A DNA stretch of 63,990 nucleotides, the filler included. It is 6 parts of 6 records of this genome, joined end to end, with 100 filler letters (N's around TTAATTAATTAA, not from the genome) between each part and the next. Parts side by side here need not be neighbours in the genome. Positions count along the whole stretch, not along the records: positions 23,127 to 52,958 come from SRR20825010_476; 5 more parts are not named here. One strand, given 5' to 3'. Positions 37,370 to 46,904 of the stretch are shown in pieces. Within the stretch, counting starts at the first letter, position 1. The number at the start of each line of letters is the position of its first letter. The translations under genes were made by a program, and so were the position numbers. The notes beneath the pieces were generated by a model. That model saw only the letters and a program-made list of their open reading frames with translations, searched no databases and had not been told where the DNA came from.

Positions 37370-38919
37370 ATCGACTCTCCCCTGATCGATTGATTTCGCA
37401 AAACTGAAGTCAACAGTTGAAGCAACCGGGAAAGCCCCCGCTCCAGTGCTTCAAAATAGAAACTCCCCGAAACGCCACGGACCGTTGCAATCAGCCCAAA
37501 AAGACCAAGAAGGTTCAGCGGCGCTAACCGGAAGAGCCAGACCTGAACGATTGTCAGGAGCAGTAAGATCGACAGGTAAAAACCGTGTGCCGCCAAACTC
37601 ACGATCAAATGCCGTCCTAGTTTCCGGTCATCTTTTTGGAGAAAGCTCTCGGTCGAGAAAGAAGCGAACGCATGGATCGTGCTCAGCAACACGAGGGCTA
37701 CGAGAAACACTGTTTCCGGCGTGACAGTGACCGATCGGGCAGCATCTTCAGAGAGGAACGGAACCGATATGCTGATTTTTGATTTCAGATAATTGTCACC
37801 ATCGCGACGCAAATTTTCCAGAGCCATGGCATGGCGATATCCTGAAGAAACCCGAGGTTGCGTCGGCGGGTCGACAAAGTCTGAAACGCCGACTAGAGCT
37901 TGCCCGTAAACAACATCCTTGCCAGCAATGCGGTCTGACAGCTCTTTTGCGACATAAGCGCTTGCCGACGGAGAGAACCCTTCATGCAACAGGTTCGTCA
38001 CCGATATCACTGGCATATAGGGGCACTGCTCCTCGGCCTTTGCGACACTTTCGAACATCACTGTGGACAAGAGCTTCTTGCTCACGTCCCACACCGATTG
38101 CTTAGCCGAATAATTGCAGCCCTTCAGAAAATCATTCTTCGCGGACGGTACGATCCCCCATTGGATTTGAAGTGGGCTTTCGAACCGAAGATCATCCGCA
38201 CTGGGTTTCAATTCGGATTTCCCGCAATCGCCTCTGGAACAGCCATGCAGGTAGAGTGCAAAGGCGGGGAAAGTCCTTTCAAAGCCTCGCTTTTCGTAAT
38301 CTTCTTTGCTGGCTCCCTCATTCGAACGCGACGCGCGCGTTACTTTCCGCAAAATATATTCTTCGTCATTCAGTCCTTGTTGAGCGCGCGTTGCCAAAAC
38401 AGTACGGGTAAGGTCCCGAATTTCTGCGCGTTGCCGTTTAAACGGCAATACCGGCAAATAGACCGGGATCTCCGCCTCAATGTACTTCTCTAAAACCGGA
38501 ACCAGCCGTCCAATAGTCGGATCTTCCCGCTGGTCGATAAACAGGAAGTCCATATAGATCGATCGTGGGCGATATTTCAAAATTTCATCAAGGACCCGGG
38601 CATGGTTTTGATAGCTGACCGGCCAAATCCAGTCATGTGACCGTAAATCGCGGTCATCAATCATGACGACGGGAACATTATCCCGCTCAGCAGTATCGTG
38701 AAACGGTGCAACTAAAAGGCTATAAGCCCTGTAGGTGAAATTTTCCGTTATCCCCCCAAGTCCAAACAGATCTGTAAAAACTCCAAACAGCACAAAGGCT
38801 AAGACCAGAAAAAGCCTGATCAGCCGCGCTTTAAGTCCGCCGTAGCAATGCAGGAGGCTACGCCCCCGATAATTGCGGATGAACTCGGTAACAAGCCCTC
38901 TGTTTTGAGCTTCTGACAT
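37366..38919 (-). CDS. CHASE2-domain membrane protein with no cytoplasmic output domain
   Basis: N-terminal TM; VVMIDDRDL...WPVS...HARVLDEI...RPRSIYMDFLF; GKDVVYG, HAMALENL; three C-terminal TMs then a short tail. Confidence 0.78.
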   Translation of the reverse strand: MSEAQNRGLVTEFIRNYRGRSLLHCYGGLKARLIRLFLVLAFVLFGVFTDLFGLGGITENFTYRAYSLLVAPFHDTAERDNVPVVMIDDRDLRSHDWIWPVSYQNHARVLDEILKYRPRSIYMDFLFIDQREDPTIGRLVPVLEKYIEAEIPVYLPVLPFKRQRAEIRDLTRTVLATRAQQGLNDEEYILRKVTRASRSNEGASKEDYEKRGFERTFPAFALYLHGCSRGDCGKSELKPSADDLRFESPLQIQWGIVPSAKNDFLKGCNYSAKQSVWDVSKKLLSTVMFESVAKAEEQCPYMPVISVTNLLHEGFSPSASAYVAKELSDRIAGKDVVYGQALVGVSDFVDPPTQPRVSSGYRHAMALENLRRDGDNYLKSKISISVPFLSEDAARSVTVTPETVFLVALVLLSTIHAFASFSTESFLQKDDRKLGRHLIVSLAAHGFYLSILLLLTIVQVWLFRLAPLNLLGLFGLIATVRGVSGSFYFEALERGLSRLLQLLTSVLRNQSIRGESI

Positions 38920-39067
38920 TCCATCCCCACTCAGAAGCGCGGAATAACAAATTATTCAATTAATGCGCGCTTTTAAAGTTAACAAAATGATAAGATTTGG
39001 CAACGTTTCGTCTTGGAATAATTTTCAAATGCTGCCTGATACGGCTTCCTCAACAAGACACCTGTCC

Positions 39068-39096
39068 TTGACAAGTTTGTGACCGCGCCGCAGGTT
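39068..39096 (+). promoter_or_regulatory. Sigma70 promoter feeding the TPP riboswitch
   Basis: TTGACA-N17-CAGGTT, predicted start site at the 5' end of the aptamer. Confidence 0.55.
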
Positions 39097-39102
39097 GGCC
39101 CG

Positions 39103-39188
39103 GTGATGCTGGGGTGTTCCGGGTGACCGGAACTGAGAGGATACCCATCGAACCTGATCCGGGTCATGCCGGCGCAGGGAGACGTCAC
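39103..39188 (+). ncRNA. TPP riboswitch (THI element)
   Basis: gtgatg ct GGGGTG ttccgg..ccggaa CTGAGA ggat ACCC atc GAACCTGAT ccggGTcATgCCggCGcAGGGA ga cgtcac: CTGAGA, ACCTGAT and AGGGA signatures plus P1 pairing. Confidence 0.93.
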
Positions 39189-39274
39189 GAGACTGCATCA
39201 GCGGTCGCGTCAGGTCCTCTCGCCCCGATTTTGAATCTACCGTTCCGCCGAGCGGGACTATTGGAGTGCCGGGA

Positions 39275-40390
39275 ATGTTCCTGAAATCCGCCGCTGTTGC
39301 GCTGACCGCGCTGATGGCTACTGCGTTGACCGCAAAAGCCGAGACAATCCCCGTGCTGGTGCCGATCACCGGCTTCCTGTCGCTTGAGGGCAGCTCCCAG
39401 CGCAATGGCGCGGTGCTGGCCATCGAGCGCTATGGCAAGGATCTCGATCTGGACGCCGAAGTGACCGACACGGGCACGTCTCCCGAGGGTGCCGTCACCG
39501 CATTGCGCCGCGCACTGGAGGGCGAACCGACCGCCGCCGTTGCCTCCATGCTCGGCACGCAGATGCTTGCCATGCTGCCGATCGCGGGCCGCGCCGGTGT
39601 GCCGCTGCTCACCGTTTCCGGCACGGCGAAGATCACAGAAATCGGTATTCCCTGGGTATTCCGTTTCTTTCCCGGCGACAGCGTTGTGAAGGTGGCGCAG
39701 GCCCGGTACGCGGTCGAGGAGCTCGGCGCCAAGCGCCCGGCCCTTCTGTATCAAACCACCGCCTACGGGCAGAGCGGCGCGGAACATCTGCGCCGGATCA
39801 TGCAGGATCTCGGTGCGCCGCTGGTATTCGAAGAAGCCATCGACATCTCCGTGAAGGACATGCTGCCGGCCCTGACCCGGATGCAGGAAGCCAAACCCGA
39901 CCTGATCCTGCTGCATCTGCATTCCGGCTCCACCGCTCTGGTGATCCGCCAGGCGCGGGACCAGAACATCGCCCTGCCGATCCTTGCCGGCTCCGCCATG
40001 CACCAGCCGACCACGGCTGCCCTGCTGGAGCCGAAGCAGCTCGCCGGTGTCTGTGCCGAAAGCGCCTCCTCGCCGATTTCCGAGCCGGAAGGGCCGGTCG
40101 AGGATTTCACGTCGGAATACCGGGCCCGTTTTGGCGCCGAGCCGGACGCTTTCGCGCTGGCCCAGTATGACGGCGCCACCATGATGATCGCTGCGCGGAA
40201 TTCAGGCGCCAAAACCGCAGAAGAAGTGCGAGACTGGCTGGCAAACAACAGCTATGACGGGCTCGCCATGACCTACAAATCCGACGGCAAGGGCAACATG
40301 GCGCATGACGCGGTCATTGTTTGTTACGACGGCAAAAGCGCGGTGCCCGCAATCAAGCGGCGCTACGAGAATGTCAGTGGCGTGAAATAA
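39275..40390 (+). CDS. LIV/HAAT-family ABC substrate-binding protein, TPP-riboswitch associated
   Basis: Signal peptide; PITG, DTGTSPEGAV, WVFRFFP, AYGQSG, YDG motifs of PBP-I (LivJ/K-like) proteins. Confidence 0.88.
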   Translation: MFLKSAAVALTALMATALTAKAETIPVLVPITGFLSLEGSSQRNGAVLAIERYGKDLDLDAEVTDTGTSPEGAVTALRRALEGEPTAAVASMLGTQMLAMLPIAGRAGVPLLTVSGTAKITEIGIPWVFRFFPGDSVVKVAQARYAVEELGAKRPALLYQTTAYGQSGAEHLRRIMQDLGAPLVFEEAIDISVKDMLPALTRMQEAKPDLILLHLHSGSTALVIRQARDQNIALPILAGSAMHQPTTAALLEPKQLAGVCAESASSPISEPEGPVEDFTSEYRARFGAEPDAFALAQYDGATMMIAARNSGAKTAEEVRDWLANNSYDGLAMTYKSDGKGNMAHDAVIVCYDGKSAVPAIKRRYENVSGVK

Positions 40391-40414
40391 GCAGCCACCC
40401 GGCAACACCCCAGC

Positions 40415-41308
40415 ATGTCAGCCATTGCCCTCACCCAGATCCTGCTGAACGGCCTCGCTCTCGGGGCCGCTTACGCCTTGATCGCACTCGGCTTCGTCAT
40501 CGTGCTGAATGCGGCGGGAGCGGTGAATTTCGCCCAGGGCGAGCTGGTCATGGCGGGCGGGTTCGCCGCCATCGCGCTTGCCCCGCTGATCGGTGAGACG
40601 ACGGCGCTTCCGGGACTTTTCCTGCTGCCGCTGGTGATGGGGCTGATGGGGTTGATCGGGGCCGGGTTTGCCTGGATTGCCTATTTCCCCGTCCGCAAAC
40701 GCCACCAGGTCGCGGTCTTCGTCAGCACCATCGCCGCCGGGCTGGTGCTGCAGCATCTGGCGAACGCCGTTTTCGGCGCTGCGCCCCGCGCTGGACCACC
40801 GCTGATCTCCGGTAATGGCCTGACAGTCGGCGCCCTCTCCATCTCGCTTCAGCAGATCGCCGTAATGATCTGTGCCGCCGTGCTGATTTCCGGCACGGGG
40901 CTGTTTCTCGGCCGCACCCAGACCGGACGGCATATGCGGGCCGTGGCGCAGGACCCGGAAATGGCCGCCGCCATCGGCATCCGGCCGAAACGCATGATCA
41001 CGCTGTCCTTTGCGCTCGCCATCGCGCTCGCGGGCGCGGCGGGCCTGCTGCTGTCCAACCAGTTCTTCGTCAGTCCGAACGATGGCGGACTGTTCATGCT
41101 GAAAGCCTATATCGCGGTCACCATCGGCGGCTGGGGCAGGCTCGACGGGGCCGTGATCGGCGCGCTGCTGATCGGTATCTTCGAGACACTCGTGGCCGCG
41201 TTCGCCTCCTATCTGGTGGCGGAGGCACTGCTCTATGCCCTGCTGCTGATCATGCTGGTCTTCCGGCCTTCCGGGTTGCTGCCGGAGCGGGCCCGCGCCC
41301 GTGTCTGA
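40415..41308 (+). CDS. LivH-like ABC permease
   Basis: NGLALGAAYALIALG, VNFAQGE, TGRHMRAVAQD, IGGWG. Confidence 0.9.
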   Translation: MSAIALTQILLNGLALGAAYALIALGFVIVLNAAGAVNFAQGELVMAGGFAAIALAPLIGETTALPGLFLLPLVMGLMGLIGAGFAWIAYFPVRKRHQVAVFVSTIAAGLVLQHLANAVFGAAPRAGPPLISGNGLTVGALSISLQQIAVMICAAVLISGTGLFLGRTQTGRHMRAVAQDPEMAAAIGIRPKRMITLSFALAIALAGAAGLLLSNQFFVSPNDGGLFMLKAYIAVTIGGWGRLDGAVIGALLIGIFETLVAAFASYLVAEALLYALLLIMLVFRPSGLLPERARARV

Positions 41309-42968
41309 CCCGCGCTCCCGTCTGGCTCTGGGCGTCGTCGCCATTGCGCTGGCGCTCTATGCCCTGTTCTTTGCCGGCGATTACGCGCTGCACGTCCTGA
41401 CCCGCGCCGGAATCTATGCCATCGCCGCCATCGGCTATCAGCTCATCTTCGGCCGCCTTGGCGCCCTGTCGCTGGCGCAGGGCTGCTTCTTCGGGCTCGG
41501 CGCCTATGCGGCTGGTCTTGGCGCGCTGGAACTCGGCCTCGGATTTCCGCTGACGCTGGCCGCCGGCATCCTGCTACCGAGCCTTCTCGCGGCGCTCATC
41601 GCCATTCCCGTGCTCCGTCTCGCCTCGCACTATTTCGCGCTCGCCACCCTCGGCATCGCCCAGCTCGGCCTGCTCGTCGCGACCAACTGGACGGCGGTCA
41701 CCGGCGGTGCGAACGGACTCTACGGAGTACCGCCCATCGAGATCGGCGCGGTTTCCATCGGGCATGGCTTGCCGCTCACCATGCTGGTCTGGGCTTGTGT
41801 AGGACTTGCCCTCACCATCTCGCACCGGATGACAGCCGGGAAACGCGGGCTTGCGGTCGAAACCCTGCGGGAAGCGCCTCTAGCCGCCGGCGCGCTCGGT
41901 ATCGACGGGGCCGCGATCCGCTTTCGCTTCTTCGTCGCCAGCGCAGCCCTCGGCGGCCTTGCGGGGGCGTTGCAGGCACACGCGATCGGTGTCGTCTCGC
42001 CGGACGTGCTGCAATTCCATGTCCTCGCTCTGATTCTCGCCATGAGCGTGATCGGCGGACACGCCTCCCCCCTCGGGGCCGTACTTGGCGCCCTGCTGCT
42101 CGTCCATCTGCCGGAATGGTTCCGGGACTTTGCCGACTATTACCTTGTGGTCTATGGCGCGGCCCTGCTCGCCGCCATCATCTTCCTGCCGCGCGGGCTT
42201 GCCGGTCTGTTCGGGACAAACAAAACGCCCGCAGCAACACCAGAAAAGGATATGGCACCGCGCCCGCCTGCTGCGCTCAGGTTAACGGTGGAAACGGTCT
42301 CCAAGCATTTCGGCGGCGTGACCGCGCTCGACGGAGTCTCCCTCACCCTTGCCCCCGGCGAAATTCTCGGCCTGATAGGCCCGAACGGTTCCGGCAAGAC
42401 AACGCTGGTCAACCTGCTCTCCGGCATCGAAAAGCCGGATGGAGGGCGCGTCCTGCTCGGTGATGCCGACATTACCGGAAGGCCTCCGGAATACATCGCC
42501 CGTTCCGGTCTCTGCCGCAGCTTCCAGCATCCGCAGATCGCGCCGGACCTGACCGTGCTGGAGAGCGTCGAGGCGGTCACGACAGAGGGAGAGAGTGCCG
42601 ATGCCCGCGTGACAGAAGTCGGGCTCTCAGACGGTGCGAACGAAAAAGCCGGAACCCTGCCACCGGCAGCCCTGAAGCATCTCGAAATCGCCCGCGCCCT
42701 TGCCGCCGGTGCCTCCATCCTGGCTCTGGACGAGCCGGCCGCCGGGATGAACGAGGTGGAGCGCGCGGAACTCTCCGCCTTGCTGAAACGGCTGGCGGAT
42801 GCGGGCCACGGCATCCTGCTGATCGATCACGCGATGGACTTCCTGCTGCCTCTGGCGGACCGGGTGGTCTGCCTCAGCGCCGGGCAGGTCGTTGCCGAGG
42901 GAACACCCAGCGACGTTGCCCGCGATCCGGCAGCCATCAGTGCCTATTTCGGGGAGAGCCCGCTGTGA
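41301..42968 (+). CDS. Fused LivM-like permease / LivG-like ATPase
   Basis: LSLAQGCFFGLGAY, HYFALATLG, TGGANG; then GPNGSGKT, RSFQ, LDEPAAG, IDH; ABC signature degenerate (LPPAA). Confidence 0.88.
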   Translation: MSDPRSRLALGVVAIALALYALFFAGDYALHVLTRAGIYAIAAIGYQLIFGRLGALSLAQGCFFGLGAYAAGLGALELGLGFPLTLAAGILLPSLLAALIAIPVLRLASHYFALATLGIAQLGLLVATNWTAVTGGANGLYGVPPIEIGAVSIGHGLPLTMLVWACVGLALTISHRMTAGKRGLAVETLREAPLAAGALGIDGAAIRFRFFVASAALGGLAGALQAHAIGVVSPDVLQFHVLALILAMSVIGGHASPLGAVLGALLLVHLPEWFRDFADYYLVVYGAALLAAIIFLPRGLAGLFGTNKTPAATPEKDMAPRPPAALRLTVETVSKHFGGVTALDGVSLTLAPGEILGLIGPNGSGKTTLVNLLSGIEKPDGGRVLLGDADITGRPPEYIARSGLCRSFQHPQIAPDLTVLESVEAVTTEGESADARVTEVGLSDGANEKAGTLPPAALKHLEIARALAAGASILALDEPAAGMNEVERAELSALLKRLADAGHGILLIDHAMDFLLPLADRVVCLSAGQVVAEGTPSDVARDPAAISAYFGESPL

Positions 42969-43684
42969 GCTCCTCACTGCTCTCTTTCCGGAATGTCTCG
43001 GTGCGGCGTGGCGGCGCGATAGCCGTGCGCGATCTCACGCTCGATATTGCACCGGGTGAGATTGTCGCCCTGATTGGCCTGAATGGCGCCGGCAAATCGA
43101 GCATTCTACGGGCAGCCATGGGGCTGGAAGCGCTCACAGAGGGCAAAATCCTGTTCCGTGAGCAGTCACTTGCCGAAATGGGCACACCTGAGCGGGCGCG
43201 GCGCGGCATCGGATATTGCCCAGAAGGGCGCCGCCTGTTCCCCGGCATGAGCGTTTCGGACACGCTGCATGCGGCGATGCAGGCACCGCGCAGGCAACGC
43301 CTCGCACGGATCGAAGAGCTCACAAATCTCTTCCCCCTGCTCGGCACCATACTTGACCGGGAGAGCTGGAGCCTCAGCGGCGGGCAGCAACAGGTCGTCG
43401 CCATCGCCCGCGCGCTGATGCAGCGCCCGGAAATCCTGCTGCTGGACGAGCCGTCTCTCGGCCTTGCCCCCGTCATCTGTCAGGAGCTGTTTCCGGCCAT
43501 CCGGCAACTCGCGAATGACGGTGCTGCCGTGCTGCTGGCTGAACAGAGCACAGCCACGGCCCTCGCTGTCGCCGACCGGATAGCGGTGCTGCATCGGGGC
43601 ACTCTTGTCCTGAACGAGCCCGTAGCGGCACTTTCTCACGACCGCTTGAAAACAATCCTGCTTTCCGAGGGTGAACAGCACTGA
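42965..43684 (+). CDS. LivF-like ABC ATPase
   Basis: GLNGAGKS, PEGRRLF, LSGGQQQ, LLLDEPSLGLAP, AEQ. Confidence 0.9.
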   Translation: MSSSLLSFRNVSVRRGGAIAVRDLTLDIAPGEIVALIGLNGAGKSSILRAAMGLEALTEGKILFREQSLAEMGTPERARRGIGYCPEGRRLFPGMSVSDTLHAAMQAPRRQRLARIEELTNLFPLLGTILDRESWSLSGGQQQVVAIARALMQRPEILLLDEPSLGLAPVICQELFPAIRQLANDGAAVLLAEQSTATALAVADRIAVLHRGTLVLNEPVAALSHDRLKTILLSEGEQH

Positions 43685-43740
43685 CGCTTGGTTTATGCTC
43701 GCCAAAAATCGACTTGCCCGCCTTAGGAGATCCCCCGTCG

Positions 43741-44427
43741 ATGGACGAGAGCCAGACACCCGACTTCCGCCAGAGCATCGCCGAGACCGCAGCGAATATC
43801 CTGCTTGAAATCGAAGCCGTTCACATCCGCCCGGAAGAGCCGTTCACCTTCACATCCGGCCGGCTCAGCCCGGTCTATGTGGATTGCCGCAAGATCATCA
43901 GCTTCCCGCGTGCCCGGACGCAGCTGATGGAAATGGGCGTCGAGCTGCTCGCCCAGAAAGCCGGGTTCGAGCAGTTCGATGCCGTGGCCGGCGGCGAGAC
44001 GGCAGGCATTCCCTTCGCAGCCTGGATCGCCGACCTGCTCGGCCTGCCGATGCTCTATATCCGCAAGAAGCCAAAAGGCTTCGGCCGCAATGCCCGGATC
44101 GAGGGCACCTTCGAGGATGGCGCGCGCATCCTGCTGGTCGAGGACCTGGCGACGGACGGTGGCTCCAAGCTCTCCTTCATCGACGCTATCCGCGAGGCTG
44201 GCGGCGAGGTCGCCCACTGCTTCGTGGTGTTCCATTACGGCAACTTCCCGCAAAGCACCTCTTCCATGAAGGAAAAGGGCGTGGATCTGCATGGGCTCTG
44301 CACCTGGTGGGATGTCCTGGCGGCGGCGGAGAAGCGTGGCTTCACCCAAGCACAGCTCAATGAAGTGCGTCAGTTCCTGCGCGATCCGGATGGCTGGGCC
44401 GCCAGCCGCGAGACCGTCGACGTCTGA
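43741..44427 (+). CDS. pyrE: Orotate phosphoribosyltransferase
   Basis: FTFTSGRLSPVYVDCR, GGETAGIP, YIRKKPKGFG, LLVEDLATDGGS. Confidence 0.92.
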   Translation: MDESQTPDFRQSIAETAANILLEIEAVHIRPEEPFTFTSGRLSPVYVDCRKIISFPRARTQLMEMGVELLAQKAGFEQFDAVAGGETAGIPFAAWIADLLGLPMLYIRKKPKGFGRNARIEGTFEDGARILLVEDLATDGGSKLSFIDAIREAGGEVAHCFVVFHYGNFPQSTSSMKEKGVDLHGLCTWWDVLAAAEKRGFTQAQLNEVRQFLRDPDGWAASRETVDV

Positions 44428-44467
44428 TAAGAATCAAAGCAGTAAAAATCAAAATGGGGGAAGAGTG

Positions 44468-45091
44468 ATGCTGAGGATTCTCGGCCGTAACAATTCGAGC
44501 AACGTGCAGAAGGTGACATGGCTCTGCGAGGAGCTGTCGATACCGAACGAGCGCGAGGATTTCGGAGGGGCCTTCGCCAACACGAAAGACAGTCATTACC
44601 TTTCGCTGAACCCCAACTCCCGGGTCCCGACGATTATCGAGGACGATTTTGTCCTCTGGGAATCCAACGCCATCGTTCGCTACCTCTGCAACAAGTACTC
44701 GGCTGGCGACATGGCCCCGGCGGACCCGCGTGCCTATGCGGATGCGGACCGCTGGATGGATTGGCTGCAGACCACCGTTCTGGCCCCGATCACGGTGATT
44801 TTCTGGGGTCTGGTCCGGACACCCGAAGCAGAGCGCGATCTGGCGGCGATAGAGGCCGCGCGGGAAAGCATGATCCCGATCTGGAAAATCCTCGACGAAC
44901 GGCTGACGGGCCGCGACTACATCATGGGCGACAGGCTGACCATGGCGGACATCGTGCTTGCCATAAACTGCTATCGCTGGCTGACCTTGATCCAGGACCG
45001 GCCGTCCATGCCCGCGCTGGAAGCCTGGTACGCGCGCATTGCCGCACGGCCAGCCTTCAAGAAGCATGTGCTGGATATTCCGCTTACCTGA
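44468..45091 (+). CDS. Glutathione S-transferase
   Basis: GRNNSSNVQKV, LNPNSRVPT, LWESNAIVRYL, LTMADI. Confidence 0.92.
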   Translation: MLRILGRNNSSNVQKVTWLCEELSIPNEREDFGGAFANTKDSHYLSLNPNSRVPTIIEDDFVLWESNAIVRYLCNKYSAGDMAPADPRAYADADRWMDWLQTTVLAPITVIFWGLVRTPEAERDLAAIEAARESMIPIWKILDERLTGRDYIMGDRLTMADIVLAINCYRWLTLIQDRPSMPALEAWYARIAARPAFKKHVLDIPLT

Positions 45092-45179
45092 TCACCGATG
45101 CAGGGGCACGGCGCTGGAAATCACCCGCCGTGCCTCCTATCCTTATAAGATCTATCCACTGAGACGGAGACAGCCCCCG

Positions 45180-46880
45180 ATGCGACGATCCGCCCGCGTC
45201 CTGACCTTCTGGCTGCTCCTGTTTCTTTCCCTGCTTCCCCTTGCCCGCTCAGCCGATGCGCGCGAACAACTTGTCATCGGGATCACCCAGTTCCCGACGA
45301 CCCTGAACCCGATGATCGATTCCATGCTGGTGAAGACCTATGTGCTCGGCATGGCGCAACGGCAGGTCACCATATTCGGCCATGACTGGGAGCCGATCTG
45401 CCTCTGGTGCACCGAGTTACCGACCTTCGAGAACGAGCGGGCGAAACGCTTTGCTCTGCTCGATGCCACGGGGAAGGAAACCGGCCGCGAAGGCGTGCGG
45501 ACCACCTACACCATCAAGCCCGGTGCCTTCTGGGGCGACGGCACGCCGATTACCACCGATGACGTACTTTTCAGCTGGGAAGTCGGGCGCCATCCGGAAA
45601 CCGGCGTCGCGGATGCCAACAGCTATCAGGAAATTGTCGATATCGAGGTCGAGGACGAGCGCACCTTCAGCATCGTCCGGGACAAGATCGATTACCGCTA
45701 CAACACGCTCGGCGATTTCCAGCTCCTGCCCGCCCATCTGGAACGCGCCGCTTTCGCGAACCCTCAGGAATACAAGAACCGCACCCTCTACAAGACCGCG
45801 CCCGGCACGCCAGGCCTCTATAACGGCCCCTACCGGGTCACGGAGGTGAATGAGGGCGCCTATATCGTGCTGGCCCGGAACGAGCACTGGAAAGGCAAGG
45901 AGCCAGCCTTTGAGCGTATCGTGGTCAAAACCATCGAAAAGACCGCCGCGCTTGAGGCCAATCTGCTTTCCGGCTCCATCGACTATATCGCGGGCGAGGC
46001 CGGACTCACCCTCGATCAGGCGCTCGGTTTCGAGAAACGCCATGGCGACACGTTCGACGTCATCTACAAACCCGGCCTGATCTACGAGCATATCGAGTTC
46101 AATCTCGACAACCCGGTGCTGGCCGACGTCAAGATGCGCCGGGCCCTGCTCCATGCCATCGACCGGCAGGCGATCTCCGACAGACTGTTCGACGGCAACC
46201 AGCCGGTCGCCCATGGCGCGGTCAACCCGCTGGACTGGGCCTATCACGACAAGCTGCCGCTCTATCCCTATGATCCGTCCCGCGCCAAGGCGCTGCTGGA
46301 CGAGGCAGGCTGGACCGTGATTAAGGACGGTGTCCGGTACAGGCCGGACGGCACGAAGCTCAGCCTGGAGATCATGACCACGGCCGGGAACCGGATCCGG
46401 GAGCTGGTCGAACAGGTGCTGCAGGATTACTGGAAAAAGGTCGGCATCGAGGTGACGATCCGGAACGAGCCCGCCCGGGTGTTCTTCGGCGAGACCGTTC
46501 TGAAGCGTAAATTCCCGGCTATGGCCATGTTCGCCTGGCTGTCGGCACCGGAATCCCTGCCCAAGACCACGCTCTATTCAACCTCGATCCCGACAGAGGC
46601 GAACAACTGGGCCGGACAGAACGCCACCGGCTACAACAATCCTGAAATGGATGCGCTGATCGACGCCATCGAAGTCGAGCTCGACCGGGAAAAGCGCCGC
46701 GCCCTCTGGGCCGAGCAGCAGATCCTCTATGCCACGGACCTGCCGGTCATTCCGCTCTATTTCCGGTCCGAGGCCTATATCCTGCCGAAATGGCTGAAGG
46801 GCCTGAGGCCGACCGGGCACAAATACAGCTCCACCTACTGGATCGAACAGTGGCGCGACGGATCGAGCGCGAGCCAGTAG
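45180..46880 (+). CDS. Peptide ABC transporter substrate-binding protein (family 5)
   Basis: Signal peptide; WGDGTPITTDDVLFSW, GPYRV, RRALLHAIDR, DLPVIPLY. Confidence 0.92.
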   Translation: MRRSARVLTFWLLLFLSLLPLARSADAREQLVIGITQFPTTLNPMIDSMLVKTYVLGMAQRQVTIFGHDWEPICLWCTELPTFENERAKRFALLDATGKETGREGVRTTYTIKPGAFWGDGTPITTDDVLFSWEVGRHPETGVADANSYQEIVDIEVEDERTFSIVRDKIDYRYNTLGDFQLLPAHLERAAFANPQEYKNRTLYKTAPGTPGLYNGPYRVTEVNEGAYIVLARNEHWKGKEPAFERIVVKTIEKTAALEANLLSGSIDYIAGEAGLTLDQALGFEKRHGDTFDVIYKPGLIYEHIEFNLDNPVLADVKMRRALLHAIDRQAISDRLFDGNQPVAHGAVNPLDWAYHDKLPLYPYDPSRAKALLDEAGWTVIKDGVRYRPDGTKLSLEIMTTAGNRIRELVEQVLQDYWKKVGIEVTIRNEPARVFFGETVLKRKFPAMAMFAWLSAPESLPKTTLYSTSIPTEANNWAGQNATGYNNPEMDALIDAIEVELDREKRRALWAEQQILYATDLPVIPLYFRSEAYILPKWLKGLRPTGHKYSSTYWIEQWRDGSSASQ

Positions 46881-46904
46881 CAGCATGAGAGTCCCCGGAT
46901 CATC

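Noticed and set aside
38960-38983. TTAA clusters upstream of the CHASE2 operon as a CtrA box
   Set aside because: Spacing is N9 and N2, not N7
43741-44427. pyrE as part of the TPP-regulated operon (a salvage phosphoribosyltransferase)
   Set aside because: It looks like an ordinary alphaproteobacterial OPRTase with its own RBS after a 56-nt gap; no evidence of a functional link
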